Shown in pieces: positions 56,301 through 64,000 of a stretch of DNA of 64,000 nucleotides. Each line of letters starts with the position of its first letter. The stretch's first letter is position 1. The DNA lies in contig NC_042999.1 in NCBI RefSeq assembly GCF_006345805.1, positions 53,010,001 through 53,074,000 of the forward strand. Reading direction: 5' to 3'. Source of the stretch: Octopus sinensis (taxonomy: Eukaryota). Under the pieces are notes generated by a model, which was not told the DNA's origin, did not search any database, and was given only the letters and a program-made list of their open reading frames with translations. Made by a program: the position numbers and the translations under genes.

Positions 56301-57276
56301 CCCTAGCAGAAGCGTAAATAATTTCATTTAACTCAGTAAAATCAGGTTTTAATTCTTGTATTATTTCATTTGTTACATAGTTGCCAATTTGGATTTGTTT
56401 TTTATTTTGGTTTGTATTTGAGAGTTTATGAAGTGGTTCTCTATCATTCATACTTGTATGTCTTACAACTTCATGCGTATTCAGGATTTTCTGCCTCATT
56501 TCTGCCATAGACTCTCTGTGTTCTTCAGCAAATGCGAGACCTTCAGTTACTGTTGTTTTATCATCTTCCTGGCTATCTTTAACAGGTTCAATAGAATTTC
56601 TTGTATCTTCAGGCCTTTGCGTACTTTGGTCAGATGGCAGTCTTTCAATTAAGCCTCGTGGCGGGCTATACAGTTCATCTGATTCTTCATTTCCTTTGTG
56701 TCTTATATTTATGTCATTTTCCGTTGCGTGCTTGATCGCGCTTATTTCACTGTATGTGAGTCGGTTATTTCTAAAGATATCCCTCCTCACATTTGCCAAT
56801 TTGTTCTCGTCCAAATAGGGCCTACTGTCTTGATTCCGTGTTCTCCATATACTATAAGAGTTTGCGGTGTGTCTCTCTTGAGATGGCCTACCTAATGCAT
56901 AGTAATAAACGTATATTACTTCTTTATACTCTTCTCGGGTCCATTTGTTCCGCTTACATTTTTCTTTCTGTGGTGGTTGTGGTGGTGAACTTGGAGGGCT
57001 CGAGTTGGGGAATTTCCCGTTGAAGTGACCATCCATGTCCGTATTCGGAGAAGAGTTTGTGCCAGTTGATGACTTTTCGATCCCAGGAGGGGACGCGCTT
57101 CCAGATTAACCATAGGACAAGCGATTTGGTATACTGATTTAGTTTTTCTTTTAGTTTCCAAAAACATTTTGGTGCTACGATAATGTTATCATTTTTTAGC
57201 TTTGATTGGCTCGTGGGGAGACGGCCATCATTGCCGTTACAATTATAATCCTACCACTATAGCAGCCGTAGTCGGC
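53352..57276 (-). mobile_element. Near full-length R4/Dong-clade non-LTR retrotransposon (RT, CCHC, restriction-like endonuclease), frameshifted
   Basis: ORF pieces 56200-57036, 55425-55922, 55048-55524, 53612-55060: YRPITCL, WIDYKKAFDS, GIFQGDSLSP, YMDD, CRFC..ETVDHLISGC, (R/G)HD, KPDIVV..D..KYKDL; both ends abut TAA-rich repeats. Confidence 0.93.
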
Positions 57277-57361
57277 TTATTATTGTTATTATCATCACCA
57301 TTATTATCACTATTATCATTATCACCACTATTACTATCATCATCAGCAGCATCATCATCAC

Positions 57362-57393
<32 letters not shown>

Positions 57394-58377
57394 ACAATGA
57401 TATTGTTTATGTGTAGTCACAGCAGTATCCTATTATTGTTATTTTTGTTTTTATCATTGTCACCATCACAGTAGTGTCTGATTGTCTCTCTCGTTGGCTA
57501 GCTGGCTGGTTGTCATCAACGCCAGAATTCTTGCCTGTCAAATAATACTTTCATATTTGGTTAATATCTAAAGAGCTGAGGTGAGGTTTGTGTTGGCTGA
57601 ACTCTGTGAGTGTGTGTGTGTGTGTACGCGTGTGTAGATAAATAGATAGATTATCAGCACTATTACTATCATTATTATCATCCACCATCATCACCATCAT
57701 CATCAGCACCATCATCATCTGTGGTATTTTTTTTTTATTAGGTGGGGTCCTATCGGTCAAAAAAAGTTCAAATGTCTACTCCTACTAGCCTTAAGAAAAT
57801 TTAAGGAAGAGCTGTTCTGTATTGTTTGTTTGTGAATAGAGATGTTGTGTTCGACCAGAGAGAATCTTAGCATCATTATTTTTTTTCTATGTGCGTTTGT
57901 GTTATTGCAATAAAAAGTGTTTGTATATTTCGTGTAAGGTAATATTGTGGAGGTTGACGTTGACTTTTCTAGAGATGTTTGTATGTCCAGTTAGAAAAAC
58001 AGGTGTGTTTTTGCAATAAAAAGTATATGTTTACATTTATTTTTGAATATTCAGGGAGGAAGCAAAGAAAAGTCAGATTTTCACAGAAAGTTTTAAGGTT
58101 TTGTAAGTCCACAAAAAGAAAAGCGTGATTTTTTAGAGAAAAGAAAAAAATTTCTCCTCTTCTTCTTCTTCTTTTCCTTCTGCTTATTTCTTCTTCTTCT
58201 TATTATTTTCTTTTTATCTTCTTCTATTTCTTCTGTTTATTATTATCTTCCTTATATCTTCTTCTTCTTATATTATTATTCTTATTATTATGATTATTAT
58301 TATTATTATTATATTATTATAATATTTTATTATTATTATTATATTATTATTATTATTTTATTATTATTATTATTATT

Positions 58378-61167
58378 CTATGTTTGACTTTTGCTTTATA
58401 TTTGTACAAGTTGGCTCCAAGTCTCACCCAGAGACCTCAAGAGACAACAGGGTTGGAAGTTCATGTTGTTGTTATGCCTAGTGTGCCATATATTTGGGGG
58501 GTGGGGATGTTGTACTAATGAATGTCTAAAAAAAAAATTTTTTTTTTTTTTTTTTTAAACCGAAAATTATGTTTGTTTTAAACCTTGAGATTACATAGAG
58601 AGTATTTTGCGTAGGATATGAGCAGTTCCCATGAGCACTATCTTTTGAACTTCTGCCATTTTTGGGTTTCCTGGTATCTGAGTTAGGTAGCTATCAGCCC
58701 CTTTTGCTATCATTCCCAGGGCACCTATGACAACAGGTATTGTTTTAGTCTTCAGCTTCCACATTTTGCTGATTTCTATTTCAAGATCTTTATATTTGCT
58801 CAGTTTTTGGTAGGTCTTGACAGATACGTTTATATCGATTGGGACAGTCATATCAATGAGGAGGCATGTTCTTTGTTTGAAGTTTTTCAATATGATGTCT
58901 GGCCTATTTGCATCTATCTTCCTGTCAGTTTGAATGGTGAAGTTCCAGAGGAGTGAGATGTGGTCATTTTCAAGCACTGGGGGTGGTTTGTGTTCCCACC
59001 AGTTTTTTTCATGGGGCAAATCCAGGTTTTTACAGATTACCCAGTGAATATATTGTGCAGCTCTATCGTGCCTGTTGAGATACTCTGTAGGCGCTAGAAG
59101 ACTGCACTTGGAGACCACATGGTCAATGGTTTCATTTTGTTGCTTGCATACACGACACGTTGGACTGCTTCTGATCTTTAATATGTTGGCCTGGTAGTTT
59201 CTTGTTGGTAGGCATTGATCTTGAGCTGCTATGATAAACCCTCTGTTTCAGATTTTAAGCCAGAGGCCATTAGCCATTGATGGGTCAGGGCTTTGTCGAT
59301 ATCTGCATTATTCGCTCTCTTTGGGTATTTGCCATAGAGAGGTTTTTCTTGCCATTTATTATTCAGAATATCTAAGGCCGCAGTTTTGGCACGGGTTTTC
59401 ATGCGCCTAGCTTTTTCTGTGCTTGTTTCTTGTATATCTATCTCTAATTCCGAAATTGGTTGTATTCGGAATTCACTTAGATATTCCTTTGCCTGTTTTG
59501 TGACTGAGTATGATGCTTTCTTGTTTTCATGTTTTGAGACAAGTTTTAGCATCCAGTCCTCAGAGTTTTTCAGGTAGGTGTCTAGGCCAATTGTAGCAAT
59601 CTTCATTGTTATTGCCAGTTGCAAAAGACCACGGCCTCCCTCTTTTCTTGGCAGATAGAGTCGTTCTGTATCTGCCTTAGGGTGGTGCATTCTATGCATT
59701 GTCAACAGTTTCCTTATTTTTCTGTCGAGCTGACATATTTCAGTAATTGACCAGTTAACAATATTGAAACTGTAAGTCACGACTGGTATAGCTAATGCAT
59801 TGATTGCTTCGATCCTGTTTCTTGCATTCAGCTCTGTCTTGAGTATTGCTCTCACTCTTCGATAGCATTCTCTCCTGATCCTTTCCTTCATCTCTGAATG
59901 CCTTATTCCGTTCCCTTCAATTATCCCTAGGTACTTGTAGCTCTCCGCTGGGTCTAGTTCTTTTATGACATTCTGTTGGTCAAGGTTAACGTTAGATGTT
60001 TCTGTCATTTTTCCTTTGATAAAGGTAGCCTTTGCACATTTATCGAGGCCGAATTGCATTCTGATGTCGTCACTGAATTGTTTGACTATCGCTAGTAAGC
60101 CCTTGAGTTGTTGATCATTTTTTGCAAAAAGCTTTAAATCATCCATGTAAACGAGATGATTTATATTTTTATCAAACATTTTATACCCGTACTGCGCATC
60201 ATTGAGCAGCTTTGAGAGAGGTATTAAGGATAAACAAAAGAGGAGTGGTGACAGTGAGTCACCCTGGAAAATGCCACACGAAATTTTTACATCACCAGCA
60301 TTTAGGGATTCACTGTCACTGTTCAGAGTTAGTGTGGTTCTCCATGATCTCATACTTACAGTCAAGAAGTTTCGCAGAGTTGGTGCTATCTTATACATTT
60401 CAAGGCATTTCCTAATCCAGCTATGTGGTAGGCTATCAAAAGCCTTTTTATAGTCTATCCAGGCTATTGATAAGTTTTTGTGTCGTTTGTGACAATCTTC
60501 TAAGATCATCTTATTGATGAGTAGTTGGTCTTTACAGCCGTAGGATCCACGTTTACATCCTTTCTGTTCATTAGGGAATATGCTGCTGTCTGTTAAAAAA
60601 CTATAGGTATATTCCGTCAGGACAGATGTTAGTGTTTTGTACATAGTTGTTAAGCAGGTTATGGGTCTATAGTTTTTTGGTTCATTTGTTTCTTCACTTT
60701 TTGGAAGCAGGAATGTTAACCCATTAACTAGCCAAGGAGGCATCCTACTAGGGTGTTGCAAAACATCATTGTACAGTTCTGTTAGCAGTTCATGGCTCTC
60801 TGGGAAGTCATTCAGCCAGAAGTTAGGAATTTTATCCTTTCCTGGAGACTTCCATTTGCTTGACCTCCTGAGAGCAGATCTTATATCTTCTACCTTGACA
60901 CCCTCCCACTTTGCTCTTCTAAGGGGTCCAGTTCTGTAGATATTCTGTCAATCCAGGGGGCCTTTTCGTTGTGTGTTTTTTTCTTCTGCCCAGATTTTAT
61001 TCCAAAATCTCTGCACTTCTTCTTTTGATGGTACAGACCCTGCAGTAAACGCTGTTTTTCCTATCTTCCTGTAAAAATTCTTGGTGTTATTTTTGAACAT
61101 GTTGTTGTCCTTGAAAAATCTAACACGCTTTTCATACCTCGCTATGCGGGCAGCTTTGGCAGATACC

Positions 61168-61168
<1 letters not shown>
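58378..61168 (-). mobile_element. Second, 5'-truncated R4/Dong-clade element of a different family
   Basis: ORFs 59229-60761 (510 aa RT) and 58591-59118 (RHD, RPDII, KYKDL); (TTA)n tracts on both flanks. Confidence 0.93.
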
Positions 61169-61211
<43 letters not shown>

Positions 61212-61264
61212 CATTATTATTATTATTGTTATTATTATTATTATTATTATCATCATCCTCATCC

Positions 61265-61302
<38 letters not shown>

Positions 61303-61865
61303 GCCATCATTATTATTATTGGCTTTGACAAGAAAGGTACACACAACGAACAGCTCTCCAAAACTTTGTACCTGATTTGTGATGATTTTTGTTTAGAATA
61401 TTTTGGCACACGTAGAAGAAGCTAACTGCTTCTTTTCGGTGAGGTATTTCGTTTTGCTTGTCTTATTGGCAATGGGGAATTGTTTGGCTTAAAAGTTGTT
61501 TTCCAATGTTGTTTGTTTTTCTTGGAGAAAAAAAATGGACGTTTGTGCAGAAATAATAATATTCGTCGGGAATGTAACACGCATGAAATGTAAAAGTGTG
61601 TAAATGAGAAAGAGAGGAAGGAAAGCGGAATTACGAAAGTGCCAAGAGACTGTGTTGGAAGAAATGTTGCTGTGGTAACAACAACAATACTAGGAGATGT
61701 CAGACAGGAAAAGAATTAGTTTCGGCTGCTCCTGATTCGGAAGCAGTAGTCAGTTATAACGACCACAATAATAACAACAACAACGACAAAGCGACGTAGA
61801 CTTCGTCTGCGGCTGGAGTCAATAATGAGGGGATTAAACAGTCACTTGATCTCAGCAAAGAAACA

Positions 61866-62255
61866 ACACACACACACACACACATCAGACACCCATACAC
61901 ACCACACACACACATATACACACATATGCACACACATACACACATCACACACACACCACACAAACACATACACACACCACACAAACACATACACACACAC
62001 CACACGCACATATACACATACACACACCACACACACAGCACACACACATACACACATATACACATACACACACCAGACACATCACACACACACATACACA
62101 CGCATACACATACACACACCACATACACATACACACACCACACACACATATACATACACTCACATACACACACACCACACACACCACACACACATACACA
62201 CAACACACACACATACACATACACACACATAGACACACCACACACACACGTACAC
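61866..62255. repeat. Degenerate (CA)n microsatellite
   Basis: Direct reading. Confidence 0.95.
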
Positions 62256-62865
62256 ATATCCATCCATCTTCACCTCTCACTTTTCCTGTGAGGTTCCTCA
62301 GGTACGTTTTCGATAAGATTCTATTGGAATCAACCGTCATTAGATTTTCTGAGTGCATACTTAAGTCTGACGAACTGAGAAAATGGAAATTATCCAACCA
62401 CTTTGTTCTTGGTCTACACCGCGGATTCATCGGCTGAAGAATGCTGTTGCGATTCCTTCCTGCGCCACTCTGCTCACATGTTCGTTGTATCATATGATAG
62501 AGACACCATGAGCTTCGAGCTATGACCCTGTCGTGTGTGACGTTCCTACAAAAGCCCTTCGGAAATTATCCATTTCGGTCATTCGTGCTTGCAATCGTAA
62601 TCTATTCGTCATTACTCAGCATTCTTAACCAAAGGCACGAAAGCAGAATTAAAGACAGCAAGTTTGCTTTTTTTTTTTTTGTTTTTTACCAGTGTTTCCT
62701 GCTCTGAGGTTCAAATACTGGAAATGATGCATTACTGTGTCCGCAACTGCAATCCTAGCATCCATTTCTGCTTCATGCCTTCTGTCACTCGTGAATATGG
62801 CACTGAAATACTTAAACTTTTCTACTAATCTCAGAGGCTGAAGTCTTAAAGGCGGGTAAATCATT
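62255..62865 (-). mobile_element. RTE-clade LINE 3' segment
   Basis: LRLVEKFKYFSAIFTSDRR..AEMDARIAVA..VM ... RPRTKWLD and a gaagatggatgg tail. Confidence 0.75.
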
Positions 62866-63430
62866 CAAACGTGGCAAGGACATTGGAAAGGATGGACTTC
62901 AAATTAAGACGTTGAAATTCCCAAACAGACAAGGTATTCTCCGGCTGGGTCAAGAATGCTATGTGGCTGCGACCACAGGAGAGTAAAGGCAATGCGTAGT
63001 AATGATGTCAATTTTAGAAATGGAGACAAGAGAGAATGCTTCAATCATGAATTGATCTCTTCGTTGACCGTCTATGGTCAAGCCTACGATCGGTGTCTGC
63101 AAAAGCCAAATAGGGTAATAGTCGAGAGTAGGCCGGCCAAAGAACATTGTGGCTTTGACTGGATATTCAATCGATGGCAGATCTTCGGGAAATCGTGGAA
63201 TATTACGAAGACGTGTACCACTGTTTTGTAGACCGCGTACCGTGACACACGCTGTGGAGGTTTTTGCACAAGTTTGGGATTTATGGACAACGTCTGGTTA
63301 CCGTGAAGCCCCTACAAAATAGCCAGATGTTTGTAGTTTGAAATATTATAACGTGGAAGTTGGACATTGAGAGGAGTGAGTATTGTGATCCCTTTTCATA
63401 ACGTATATGAACTGGATAGCATGCATAGCC
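62866..63430 (+). mobile_element. RTE-clade LINE RT N-terminal segment, inverted relative to 62255-62865
   Basis: FRNGDKRECFNHELISSLTVYGQAYDRCL...IVE..KEHCGF..IF..WQIFGKSW resembles KKGD..C.NYRGISLL..GK.Y...EEQCGF. Confidence 0.75.
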
Positions 63431-63534
63431 GTTGTGAAAACTGAGACATTGATCCTCCAAACGCACATATATACAAAAACACACTCACACACACAAACAT
63501 AAAAACATGTATTCATATATATATGCATATGTAT

Positions 63535-63632
<98 letters not shown>

Positions 63633-64000
63633 ATATATATATACATACGGCAAATAAGGAAGTGGAGAGGATAGAAAATCGACAATCGGTAAACATTCCA
63701 GTATGTCTAATTATTCCAATGTATTAAATGAATACATACACATATGTCCTTTCTTCTTGTCTTAAAACACCATTCACTCGGGATGACAAATTCATATGAC
63801 ACCGCAAAAAATTGTTGTTGACAAAGATCCGGAGTAATTGTATTCACCTCAATAGTCGTCATTGATTGGTTGAAATTACCAAAATGCAAGAAATTAAACA
63901 ACAAATAGCTTACAAACTACAGAATTTTCTCAAGAAAGCCAAGAGAAAAAGATGTTTTATGTAACACATTCTACCAGGATACGAAGTTTAAGAGTGCTTA

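Noticed and set aside
57180-57276. HDV-like ribozyme at the 5' end of the Dong-like element
   Set aside because: P1 and P2 pairings could not be assembled by eye.
63707-63904. Upstream exon of the 50-51 kb gene
   Set aside because: The stronger donor gives phase 0, incompatible with the phase-1 acceptor at 51450, and there is no other support.

Overview
AT-rich eukaryotic genomic DNA saturated with microsatellites and transposable elements. The tRNA-derived SINE families, Penelope-like elements (PLEs), R4/Dong LINEs and repeat density are most consistent with a coleoid cephalopod (octopus-like) genome; this is inference, no search was run. Most listed ORFs are microsatellite artefacts. Real coding remnants: two R4/Dong-clade RT+RLE LINEs in (TAA)n tracts (53.4-57.3 kb, 58.4-61.2 kb), an inverted RTE LINE, a decayed Penelope RT and GIY-YIG endonuclease, three Tc1/mariner remnants (one with an intact, splice-site-flanked DNA-binding exon) and two phase-compatible exons of an unrecognised minus-strand gene near 50-51.5 kb. 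The most notable signal is a dense set of minimal type I hammerhead ribozyme motifs from several repeat families, including catalytic-core variants. One family is a tRNA-headed SINE with a hammerhead-bearing tail that occurs twice with an upstream inverted tail copy, suggesting a SINE mobilised by Penelope machinery. All coordinates were read by eye and element boundaries are approximate.
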